The translations under genes were made by a program, and so were the position numbers. The notes beneath the pieces are model-generated. The model was not told the origin of the DNA, searched no databases, and saw only the letters and a program-made list of their open reading frames with translations. Positions 55,805 to 64,000 of a DNA stretch of 64,000 nt are shown here, one piece after another; position 1 is the first letter of the stretch, and each line of letters begins with the position of its first letter. The DNA is from an uncultured Planctomycetia bacterium (lineage in GTDB: Bacteria > Omnitrophota > Gorgyraeia > 1-14-0-20-64-10). The DNA is taken from positions 12,647 to 76,646 of the forward strand of contig CAZQXN010000005.1 of the NCBI GenBank assembly GCA_964597545.1, read 5' to 3'.

Positions 55805-58156
55805 TCATATTGAATGGGGAAGCCTTCGCTCCCACGCGCATTGCACATTCCGGCCCGAAACAAGCCGTACCAAGAACCGCCCAAACCCATAGTCATCCTT
55901 GCGCCACGGGATGGGATCTTCAAAATAAGCTGGATTGCGCAGTCGACTGAGATGCTTGCCTATCCCGTCAAGGGATGCCAGCTGGGGTATGCGATCAAGT
56001 TGGCGGATAATCATCTCCGGATCAGACTCCAGGAAGCGAATCTGTGAGAGCCAGATGCGACCCATCTGGGCGTTTCCCCGCCGGTGCTCAAGATACGAAA
56101 GGGCAAAGAGACAGGCGATCGTCTCCCAAATCTCCTGCTCCATAACCTGTTGGATGCGCTTCTGCTTGTGCGTGGCGCGCCCACCCCAGCGCACATACCG
56201 ATCACCCATCTGGCGCACCCAAGGACGCAACGGCTGGCCCCCGGTCACCCAACGCAGGTCTGAAAGTGGCAGCGAAGGCAGCAGGTGCCTCAGCAGGAAG
56301 GGTCGGGTTTGAAGGGCCTGCAGCAGGAGGCGCTGCGCTTCTTCGCCCTTGTTCTGCTCTAAGCGTTTCAGACCCAGCATCAACCTCGTCCCAAAGGGAT
56401 CTACCCACCTCCCCCGCTCATCAAAAACCAAATGGCCCTGTATGCGGTAGCCAACTTCGGCCGATTGAAAGGCTGCGAGATTGACCTGAACACCCTCCAG
56501 TGAGGTTTCTCTCAGGGCAGCGGCCAGGAGGTTCCGGAAGTTCTGGCGCTTACGTGAATCCGCGTGGGAATGTCCCGGCGCCAGCTGTTGATGCGGCATG
56601 GCCACCACCCCCTGAATCGCTATCTCCCGGGGTTCAAGGGCATCCAGACGGTCAGAGGCTGAGACATCCCTGCGAATCAGGTCTGCCGTGCGCAAATCAT
56701 CGTAAAGCAGGTAGGTGTTGACAAGACGACCTCGAAAGAGCTCTGCCCGGACCGCAAGCAGGTTGGGAACCGCCAGAAGAACAAAGAGAGCGACAACAAA
56801 AGCGTGACGCGTTGTCTCTGCCCAGCCCAGGCGCCTGGAGATTCCGCCCAACAAAGCGGCAAGACCTAACGACAAGAGAACAGCGAGGATAGGTGTCACA
56901 TAGATCATGTAGCGCGACGGCACAGCCGGAGGGAAGCTCACATAGTGATTGAGCAGGTGCACGAGGACAACGCCATACCAAACCCCCCAAACCACCAGCG
57001 CACCCCTTTTCTTGATGGTCTCTCTGAAGAAGTTCCAGATCAGCAGCACAGTGAGTCCGCCTGCCCAAAGGCTCATTTGAGCCGGAATATAGTGCTGGGC
57101 CTGACTCGAGTCCATGAGCCGCGCTGTCTGCAGCGGATTCAAGAATGTCGCCAAGCTTGTGACCAGAGGCGAAAGGGCGTTGTACGGCAGCAGAAGCTGC
57201 CGCGTATCCCTAAGCGCAAGCCATCCCCATACCAACCCCAGTGAGATCGCAAGCACAATCCACCCCAAGCGCGAATGACGCAAGAAACCAGCTCCGCCCT
57301 TGAGCAGCAGGCGAAAGGCGCCGAGTGCTACGCCTCCCAGCGCCAAGAGCACTCCCCATTTGACACCCGCAGGGATAGCCCACTGTACGATGGCATCATT
57401 GATGATGACATCCCCGGCAAAGGCCAATGCGAAGGTAGGATAAACCAGTGCCGCGACAAAAAGGGGCAACCACCGATTGAAACGGTTGAGGCGCTCCTTG
57501 GGATCACGTGAAACAACCAAAAGGTGCGCCGCAATCAGCAAGGGAGCAATCACAGCGGAGCGCTGCAGAGAAGCCACCACAACCCACGCCAAGGTCCACC
57601 CGTAAAGCCATCGTGCGCCGCTCAGGCTCGATGTCGGGCGAGCTTCAATCTGGAGATAACCAGACAAAACAACCAGGATGGTAAAACAGGCGAAGAGGTG
57701 CTGGAAGGCTGCCGGCCAGAGTACCGCATAGAAATGGGAAAAGGCCGTAAGGAACACAACGGCTGCCCCGAAGGCCACCTCACGAGTCAACTCCATCAGC
57801 CGGCAGACCCGATACAGCAGCGCCGCGGTTGCAGCGTAAACGACGACAGAGACCCCCATCAGGGACTGGATTGGATTGTTTGCGAAAACCGTCACGAGAA
57901 AGAGGTAGCTCTTTAAGACCGGCTGACCAAACTCAATCGGCCAGGGGCCCAGCAGAAAGCGTGCGAGCTCAAGAAAGGATTTGCCCTCCGTCTGTTGGGC
58001 AAGGGTGGGAAGCATCCACCACAGATCATTTTCCGGCAAGGCCATAACCCAGGGCTGGCGGATTATCGCCAGAAAGGCAGCCGCCAGCGCTACGAAACAA
58101 CCGCCGTAAAACCATCTTCCCCCGACCCCTTTCTCGCCAGGAAGCTGCTTTCCCAT
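55805..58156 (-). CDS. Large multi-pass membrane protein, GT-C-like, with soluble C-terminal domain
   Basis: About 12-13 TM over the first ~470 aa; acidic PEND in the first loop and PSRY motif; ~300-aa soluble tail. Confidence 0.55.
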   Translation of the reverse strand: MGKQLPGEKGVGGRWFYGGCFVALAAAFLAIIRQPWVMALPENDLWWMLPTLAQQTEGKSFLELARFLLGPWPIEFGQPVLKSYLFLVTVFANNPIQSLMGVSVVVYAATAALLYRVCRLMELTREVAFGAAVVFLTAFSHFYAVLWPAAFQHLFACFTILVVLSGYLQIEARPTSSLSGARWLYGWTLAWVVVASLQRSAVIAPLLIAAHLLVVSRDPKERLNRFNRWLPLFVAALVYPTFALAFAGDVIINDAIVQWAIPAGVKWGVLLALGGVALGAFRLLLKGGAGFLRHSRLGWIVLAISLGLVWGWLALRDTRQLLLPYNALSPLVTSLATFLNPLQTARLMDSSQAQHYIPAQMSLWAGGLTVLLIWNFFRETIKKRGALVVWGVWYGVVLVHLLNHYVSFPPAVPSRYMIYVTPILAVLLSLGLAALLGGISRRLGWAETTRHAFVVALFVLLAVPNLLAVRAELFRGRLVNTYLLYDDLRTADLIRRDVSASDRLDALEPREIAIQGVVAMPHQQLAPGHSHADSRKRQNFRNLLAAALRETSLEGVQVNLAAFQSAEVGYRIQGHLVFDERGRWVDPFGTRLMLGLKRLEQNKGEEAQRLLLQALQTRPFLLRHLLPSLPLSDLRWVTGGQPLRPWVRQMGDRYVRWGGRATHKQKRIQQVMEQEIWETIACLFALSYLEHRRGNAQMGRIWLSQIRFLESDPEMIIRQLDRIPQLASLDGIGKHLSRLRNPAYFEDPIPWRKDDYGFGRFLVRLVSGRNVQCAWERRLPHSI

Positions 58157-58160
58157 GGGC

Positions 58161-59777
58161 TTAAGCCATCACTTTCTTCTGGGAGGCCAGCGACCACCCT
58201 GACGGAATGTAGAGGCTGCGCTGCTTGACCGGGACCCTGCGCTGCAGGTGGGGATTGAGCCGGTTGACAAACCACTCCAAAGGAAAAAGGGGCAAGAGCG
58301 AGATAACCAAGTTGGTCGCGAGGGCAAAGGAGAGCCGAAACAGGTGGAGCCACTCGCCGAGGAACAGATACCAATGGGAACGCAGTTTAAACCACCCCGG
58401 CCCATGCTTTCGGGTGATGACCCCCCAGAGGACCCGGGGCCTAAAGTTGGAAAGGAGATTGTATCGGATAACATCCCGCGTCAATTCCCACTCCGAGGTC
58501 GTCTCCGGAACATAGGGCAGCGGCCTGCGCCGGGACAACGGCAGCGCCATTTCAGAAAGAGAGGAGGTGAAATTTTCCCAATGGCCCTGCTTGCACATTC
58601 TCCGGGAACCTTGGACATCACGGTAGAAGGGGGTACCCGGATAAGGGATTAGGTTGTTGTACTTGATGAAGGTGGGCGAGAGGGAATTCGCAAAGCGGAC
58701 AGTCTCAACCCGATCGGCATGCGTCTCGGTCGGAAAACCAAAGATCATAAAGATGGCCACATCCATCCCATGCTTGCGCGCCACCGCCACCGCATCGCGG
58801 TGCTGCTGGAGCGTCTCCCCCTTATGAACGATGTTGGCCAGGCGCTCCACACCCGTCTCCACACCAAAACCAACCGAATCAAAACCGGCCTCCTTGAGCA
58901 GCGGAACCATCTCCGGGTAGAAATTATCCGCCCGGGTCTGCAGGGAAAAAGAACACTTTTCTTTAAGCCCAGAGGCCTTGAGCGCTGCGCAAATCTCATG
59001 AACGCGAGACTTCTTAAAGCATAGGTTGTCGTCCAAAAAGAAGAGGGACTTGACGCCGAAGCGATTGACCAGGGTGTCCAGCTCACTCATGATGGTTTGG
59101 ATCGACTTGTAGCGGTAGGTAGAGCCGGTCATCATCCGCTGGCTGCAGTAGCTGCACTTGTAGGGACAGCCGCGGGAGGTGACGATAAAGCCCCAGTCAT
59201 AGGTGGTGCGGTGCTTGGCCTTCTCGAGCATATTGACAAACATGTCATAGGGAAAGGGGGGCAAACTGTCTAAGTCTTTGATGAGCGGCTCTTCTGGGGT
59301 ATGAACGATTCTGTCTTCATGTCGGAAGGAAAGCCCTCGGATCGAAGAAAAATCGGTTTCCCCTTGCCGAATGGCGTCGTAAAGCCTCAAGAGAGACCGC
59401 TCCCCTTCCCCGCGCACCACAAAATCGATTGTCGGAAAGGAAAGCATCTCATCCGGCAAAGCGGTGGCGTGGAATCCGCCGACGATCACAGTGGAGTCAG
59501 GGTATTTGGCCTTCAAGAGTGCGGCCAGCTCAAAGGTCCGGGCGGCCTGCGCAGTCAAAACCGTGATGCCAAACACATAGGGCTTAGGCAAACCCTCAAG
59601 CGCATCATCAAGGTTTTGCCAATTGAGCTTGACCACTTCCTCATCGATGATGCGCACCGCATGGCCATGGGCTTTGAGTTGTGCGGCAAGGCAGCCGATC
59701 GACATTGGCAGCGATAACGGCGCAAAACGGCTGATGGAACCACCATAGCCGGCATTGCAGGGATTAATGATGAGCAT
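58161..59777 (-). CDS. Cobalamin-binding radical SAM protein
   Basis: PMSIGCLAA, VGGFHAT, RGEGE, SRGCPYKCSYC, FLDDN, FGVETG and FMIFGFP motifs. Confidence 0.92.
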   Translation of the reverse strand: MLIINPCNAGYGGSISRFAPLSLPMSIGCLAAQLKAHGHAVRIIDEEVVKLNWQNLDDALEGLPKPYVFGITVLTAQAARTFELAALLKAKYPDSTVIVGGFHATALPDEMLSFPTIDFVVRGEGERSLLRLYDAIRQGETDFSSIRGLSFRHEDRIVHTPEEPLIKDLDSLPPFPYDMFVNMLEKAKHRTTYDWGFIVTSRGCPYKCSYCSQRMMTGSTYRYKSIQTIMSELDTLVNRFGVKSLFFLDDNLCFKKSRVHEICAALKASGLKEKCSFSLQTRADNFYPEMVPLLKEAGFDSVGFGVETGVERLANIVHKGETLQQHRDAVAVARKHGMDVAIFMIFGFPTETHADRVETVRFANSLSPTFIKYNNLIPYPGTPFYRDVQGSRRMCKQGHWENFTSSLSEMALPLSRRRPLPYVPETTSEWELTRDVIRYNLLSNFRPRVLWGVITRKHGPGWFKLRSHWYLFLGEWLHLFRLSFALATNLVISLLPLFPLEWFVNRLNPHLQRRVPVKQRSLYIPSGWSLASQKKVMA

Positions 59778-59786
59778 GAAATGATC

Positions 59787-60599
59787 TCACTTTCGGGGGG
59801 CACCCCGACGCAGAAACACTTCCCGCAGCAGCTGCAGCAGGTATACTGCGCCCCACTGAAAGATCTTGAGCTTCCTATCCCCGCCGATGCGGGCCGGTTC
59901 ATCCGCTGGAATCTCTCCCCAACGAACACCCCACTTAAGGGATCGAAAGGACATCAAGGGAATCCAATCCACCCGCGTCCGAAAGAGCCTCTCTAGACCC
60001 TCAAACTCCTCGGGTCTGTCCAAGCCCAGCTGCATCGGCAGCTCCTTTCGGTGAGCGCGAAGCATGACCATCGGATCGGTCATGCGGGCAGAACCCCTGG
60101 GGCGTAAAAACCAATTGCTTAAGGTGCGATACATCCAGTTGCCAAAGCGGGTCAGGCTGTCGTCATCATCTGAGATGGCATCCCCCAAATAGCGGGAGGC
60201 AATCACCAGTTCCAGATTCTCCCCCTCTATCTTGTCGAGAAGCTGAGGGATCACCTCGGGGATGGAGTTGCCGTCCGGGGTGAAATAGACCACAACCTCA
60301 CCGCGGATCAACGGCCAAACCTCCTGATAGGCCGACCGGAACCCCGCCCGCTTCTGAACATACACCTGGTATCCCTGCTCACGAGCCCACTCCACGGTGC
60401 CGTCGGTTGAGCCGCCATCAACCACCAAGATTTGGTCCACCCAGCTGCGGCTGACTCTCGGCATGATGTGTCGCATCCCATCAATCTCGTTGAGGGTCAT
60501 GACCACCAGTGTCGCCCTCAGGGTTCTCTGCTTGGGCTTGCCTTGAGCGGCAGCGACAGCTTGGGGTTGCTTTGGCGCAGCGAGGGTTTCTTTGCTCAT
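59787..60599 (-). CDS. DPM1/GtrB-like GT2 (polyprenyl-phosphate glycosyltransferase)
   Basis: TLNE, VVDGGSTDGT, FTPDGN, VIASRY, TD and EPARIGG motifs. Confidence 0.85.
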   Translation of the reverse strand: MSKETLAAPKQPQAVAAAQGKPKQRTLRATLVVMTLNEIDGMRHIMPRVSRSWVDQILVVDGGSTDGTVEWAREQGYQVYVQKRAGFRSAYQEVWPLIRGEVVVYFTPDGNSIPEVIPQLLDKIEGENLELVIASRYLGDAISDDDDSLTRFGNWMYRTLSNWFLRPRGSARMTDPMVMLRAHRKELPMQLGLDRPEEFEGLERLFRTRVDWIPLMSFRSLKWGVRWGEIPADEPARIGGDRKLKIFQWGAVYLLQLLREVFLRRGAPRK

Positions 60600-61651
60600 G
60601 GGGTCGCAGTGCTGGTTGAAAAGACGCGTTCAGCCTCAGCCACAGAAAGAGGCGTGGGGGGCTGGGTTTCGGCGTCAAAGAAGATGATGCGTGAACCTGA
60701 GCTTTCAAACTCAAGGGGCACGTGCAACAAGTTCCCTAAGGCTGCGCGAACTGCGGGTTTGTTTTCAGGGCGAACAAAGAGCAGCAGGAATCCCCCGCCA
60801 CCGGCGCCCAAGAGCTTGCCTCCCAAGGCCCCCGCAACACAGGCGCGCTCATAAATCTGGTCGATCATGGCATTGGAGATGCGCGAGGTAATGCTGCGCT
60901 TGAGTTTCCAGCCCTCATCCAGCAGGCGGCCGAAGTCATCCAGGGATCCTTCCCCCTGAAGGATTCTGATCGCCTCACCCACCATCTGGTGCAGCGATCG
61001 GAGGGTCTCGGCTTTACTGTGGGTGGCCTGAATCTGCTCGGCTGCAATCTCAGAGGCAGTGCGAGACAGCCCCGTATAGATAAGCATCAGGTGATCCTGG
61101 AGCGCGGCCAGGCGCTCCCGGCCCAAAAGAATGGGCGAAACCTGAATGGCCCCATCCTTTGAAAAATCGACCCGGTTAAATCCGCCAAAAGCCGCCATCA
61201 CCTGGTCCTGAGAACCAACGCTTTCCTTGAGCCGTTCCTGTTCAACATGGATGGCCTCGGTGGCCAGCTTCATCTTGCTGGGCATCACCCCCTGAAGCCC
61301 GTAAAGGGCATGGAGCAAACCTACAGTGAAGGAGGAGCTGGAGCCCAAACCGGTTCTCGCCGGCAAGTCTCCATCGTGGTGAAGTTCAATCCCGGAGGGG
61401 ACATTCAGGTGGCGCAGCACCTCGCGAACCGAAGGGTGCTTAATCTCCTCGATCTTGCGTACCAGCTCAATCTGGGACCAAACAATCCGGTAGGCATGGT
61501 TAAAGAAGGGCGGCAGCCATCGGCAGGTGATATAGCAGTAGCGCCGGATGGTGGTTGCCAGGGTTGAGCCCCCATGTTCACGAAACCAAGTTGGATAATC
61601 GGTTCCTCCGCCAAAAAAGGAGATTCGAAAGGGCGTTCGGGAGATGATCAT
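60596..61651 (-). CDS. hddA: GHMP-family D-glycero-alpha-D-manno-heptose-7-phosphate kinase
   Basis: SRTPFRISFFGGGTD, PARTGLGSSS, GSQDQ and GKLLGAGGGG motifs. Confidence 0.88.
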   Translation of the reverse strand: MIISRTPFRISFFGGGTDYPTWFREHGGSTLATTIRRYCYITCRWLPPFFNHAYRIVWSQIELVRKIEEIKHPSVREVLRHLNVPSGIELHHDGDLPARTGLGSSSSFTVGLLHALYGLQGVMPSKMKLATEAIHVEQERLKESVGSQDQVMAAFGGFNRVDFSKDGAIQVSPILLGRERLAALQDHLMLIYTGLSRTASEIAAEQIQATHSKAETLRSLHQMVGEAIRILQGEGSLDDFGRLLDEGWKLKRSITSRISNAMIDQIYERACVAGALGGKLLGAGGGGFLLLFVRPENKPAVRAALGNLLHVPLEFESSGSRIIFFDAETQPPTPLSVAEAERVFSTSTATP

Positions 61652-63237
61652 GGGGTCTGACCCCTGCTGTTGAGGGGTCTGACCCCTACTTCGACTCCGG
61701 TGTGTTCACCGATTTTTTCCTTTAGGATTTCTCGTTTTAAGCGATGAGCCGCCATCTGGCGAATGTGCGCCACAGTCTCAGCTCCAAAGGTCTGGCGCAC
61801 CCGCTCCAAATATCGCGGGGAGTTGTAGTATGCCTGAAAAGCTCGATCCCGGAATTCCAGGACTTCGGCTGCGGTCAGATGCTTGGTGGGCAAAGGCAAA
61901 CAATCGGCCGAATGCTGTGAATAGCCGCTCCACTTCTCGGGCAACACCCAGCCCTCTTGCACCGCGGTTTGGTAGAGGTCAGACCCCGGATAGGCCATCG
62001 CAGAATAAAAGTTGGCAAATTCGCAGTTGAGATCCAATGCAAGGTCCAGGGTCTCCTGCATGGTCCTCAGATCATCCTCAGGCAGGCCAAAGATGTAGTT
62101 GCCGATCACATGAATTCCGGCTGCCCAGGTTTTCCCTAAGGTCTCTTTGATGTCTCCCTGATCAAATCCCTTTTGAACATCGTCGCGAACCTCGGTGTTG
62201 GCCGCTTCGATTCCATAGGCCAACCAATTGATCCCTGCGGCCTTGAGCTTAGGGAACATGTCATCTCGAACGGTATCCACGCGCGCATAGGCCCAGATGT
62301 TCAGGTCCAAACCTCGTTCAATGATTCCGTCGCAAATCTCGGATACATGCTTCGGGTTGAGCACAAAGAGCTCATCGGCAAATTTGACGTTCCGCACCCC
62401 GTATTGACTAACCAGGGTATCCAGCTCAGCCAGAACCGCCTGAGGGCTCCACAATCGGTAGGTGTTCACCCCCGCCTTGAAACCGGCGGCCTTCTCCCCT
62501 TCCTTGAAGGGAGCTTGAATGCAGCAAAAGCTGCAGCGAAAAGGGCAGCCCAGGGTGGTATAGATCGCCGCATACGGTTGACGCTCAAGTCCATCCAGGC
62601 AGTGCCAGTTGTGGGCCCTATAGCGTTCCATCGGCAGCAAATCCCAGGCAACGCCGGGCATCTCCCGATCCAAATCCATGACCAATGGGGCCGGGGGATT
62701 TGTCCGGATCACGCCCCTCTGCCAAAAGAGCAAACCGGCAACATCGGTTAAACCCGAGCGACTGCCGGTCCGAAGCGCCTCAACCAGCTGCGCCAGGGTG
62801 ATGGGTCCTTCTCCGCTGCAAACAAAATCGGCAGCCTCTTCCCGAAGGGTTTGCTCAGGCAAAGCGGCAACATGGCCCCCCACCAAGATCACCCTTTGCT
62901 CAGGTGAGGTTTGCTTGACGGCGCGGCAAACCGCCCCGGCAGCAGGCATGTTCTGCGTAGAGGCAGAGGGCTGATGCCCGTAGACCGCAACCGCAACCAG
63001 GAGGGGATTGAGTGCTCGAAGGCGTTCGGCGGCTTGATCGGCCGTCAACCCCTCCGCTGCAGCATCCAGAACCGCCACCCGGAACCCCTTAAGCCTCAAG
63101 TACGTTGCCATCAGTCCCGCCCAAACCGGCGGCTCAATGGCTGAAAGCTTGGATCCCAAAGCCTGGTAGGCCTGGGCCTGGTTGGCCGGATTGACCAGCA
63201 CCACGTCAATGGGCTTAGGCAAAGTTGGCATAGGCAT
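61648..63237 (-). CDS. Cobalamin-binding radical SAM protein
   Basis: AIEPPVWAG, HQPSAST, GGHVAALP, GEG, LGCPFRCSFC, FADE and IFGLPED motifs. Confidence 0.92.
   Translation of the reverse strand: MPMPTLPKPIDVVLVNPANQAQAYQALGSKLSAIEPPVWAGLMATYLRLKGFRVAVLDAAAEGLTADQAAERLRALNPLLVAVAVYGHQPSASTQNMPAAGAVCRAVKQTSPEQRVILVGGHVAALPEQTLREEAADFVCSGEGPITLAQLVEALRTGSRSGLTDVAGLLFWQRGVIRTNPPAPLVMDLDREMPGVAWDLLPMERYRAHNWHCLDGLERQPYAAIYTTLGCPFRCSFCCIQAPFKEGEKAAGFKAGVNTYRLWSPQAVLAELDTLVSQYGVRNVKFADELFVLNPKHVSEICDGIIERGLDLNIWAYARVDTVRDDMFPKLKAAGINWLAYGIEAANTEVRDDVQKGFDQGDIKETLGKTWAAGIHVIGNYIFGLPEDDLRTMQETLDLALDLNCEFANFYSAMAYPGSDLYQTAVQEGWVLPEKWSGYSQHSADCLPLPTKHLTAAEVLEFRDRAFQAYYNSPRYLERVRQTFGAETVAHIRQMAAHRLKREILKEKIGEHTGVEVGVRPLNSRGQTP
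61652..61687. repeat. Tandem REP-like palindrome GGGGTCTGACCCC x2
   Basis: Identical 13-mers at 61652-61664 and 61674-61686, 9 nt apart, each self-complementary; they encode the GVRP...GQTP tail. Confidence 0.75.
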
Positions 63238-64000
63238 CCCTTCGAATGACGTGGTAACCCTTAATCAACTCCGTAATGCCTGCGCGCAAGCTCACCTGCG
63301 GTTTAAATCCTGTTTTTTCAACCCGTTCGTTGCTGACAATGTAATCCCGCTGATCCGGATCAGCCCCCACCTCAGCCTCGGTAAAGTAAAAATCAGGCAG
63401 CTGCTCTCGAATCACCTCGCACAGCTCTCGCTTGGAGAGGTTGGCATCGGATAATCCTACGTTGTAGGGCTGGCCCTTCATGCTGTCAAAGCGATCGATG
63501 GCATGCACGAAAACGCGGGCCACATCCCGAACGTGAATGTAATTTCTCTTGAAGTGACTCTGAAAAAGAACGATGAAGCGGTCGGTGGCCGCCCGATAAA
63601 CAAAGTCATTGACCAACAGATCCAGCCGCATCCTGGGAGATATTCCAAAGGCGGTTGCCAGCCGAAAGGTCACGCTGTTGCCGGCATCGAGAATCACCTT
63701 TTCGGCCTCGACCTTGAGCCGGCCGTAGGTCGAAATGGGTCGCAGCGGCGTCTCCTCCGTGCAATGGGTTCCCTTCTCCCCGACTCCATAACCGCTGTTG
63801 GTGGTCGGAAAGAGGATCCGATGCCCAGGGGAACGCAGGCGAACAAGGCTCTTGATCGCGTCGAGGTTGACCGCTTTCGCCTCCATGGGATCCCGCTCGC
63901 AGATCGGCGCTCCAGTGAGACAGGCCAACGGGATGATCACATCGACCTGCTTGAGCGCTTCCGAAACCAAGCGTTCATCCCGGACGTCCCCCCGCCATAC
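63215..64000 (-). CDS. NAD-dependent epimerase/dehydratase, 5' end outside the window
   Basis: Frame open to base 64000 (VWRGDVRDER...). IIPLACLTGAP, TTNSGYG, YGRLK and FRLATAFG motifs. Confidence 0.9.
   Translation of the reverse strand, partial: VWRGDVRDERLVSEALKQVDVIIPLACLTGAPICERDPMEAKAVNLDAIKSLVRLRSPGHRILFPTTNSGYGVGEKGTHCTEETPLRPISTYGRLKVEAEKVILDAGNSVTFRLATAFGISPRMRLDLLVNDFVYRAATDRFIVLFQSHFKRNYIHVRDVARVFVHAIDRFDSMKGQPYNVGLSDANLSKRELCEVIREQLPDFYFTEAEVGADPDQRDYIVSNERVEKTGFKPQVSLRAGITELIKGYHVIRRDAYANFA

Noticed and set aside
373-63454. Numerous plus-strand ORFs in the track, up to ~300 aa (e.g. 34129-35040, 51419-52339)
   Set aside because: All lie antisense to well-supported minus-strand genes and show no recognisable motifs; typical shadow ORFs in GC-rich DNA
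1-64000. CRISPR arrays, tRNA/rRNA, transposases, integrases, long phase-variable homopolymer tracts
   Set aside because: None seen by eye; the largest non-coding gaps are only about 120 nt and I noticed no frameshifted genes

Overview
The whole 64 kb is the interior of one very large surface-glycan biosynthesis locus on the minus strand. It holds about 55 tightly packed genes, most coupled by ATGA/TGATG-type overlaps, and runs off both ends of the window. The gene repertoire resembles loci in Omnitrophota-like MAGs, but that taxonomy is inference only. In transcription order (right to left) it contains five modules. (1) An NDP-heptose/octose module: epimerase, HddA kinase, two B12-radical-SAM enzymes, a DPM-like GT2 and a GT-C-like membrane protein. 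(2) A pseudaminic-acid-type module: pseB, pseC, a third B12-rSAM, pseI, a formyltransferase, pseG, an oxidoreductase and a cytidylyltransferase-aminotransferase fusion, with no pseH. (3) A PEP-mutase (phosphonate) block with SIS isomerase, transaldolase, HpcH aldolase, HAD, two SDRs, a KdsB-like enzyme, CmoA (carboxy-SAM synthase) coupled to a sugar O-methyltransferase-like gene, and a D-2-hydroxyacid dehydrogenase. (4) A DUF4330/IPT - GT-C - DUF4330/IPT - pseudo-transglutaminase - asnB block. (5) A second nonulosonate block: two more NeuB, two cytidylyltransferase fusions, SGNH proteins, a formyltransferase, two deacetylases and WbqC. Two MsbA/PglK-like exporters are present. Not in the ORF track: a truncated WbqC gene, a 41-aa small ORF, two translationally coupled gene-deletion scars (one NeuB-like), two REP-like palindromic insertions in gene tails, and two internal promoter candidates. 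The best candidates for undescribed biology are CmoA-driven carboxymethylation of a sugar and a decarboxylase-free phosphonate branch feeding a CMP-activated glycan. All product calls come from motif recognition by eye, not database searches. No rRNA, tRNA, CRISPR or transposase was seen.
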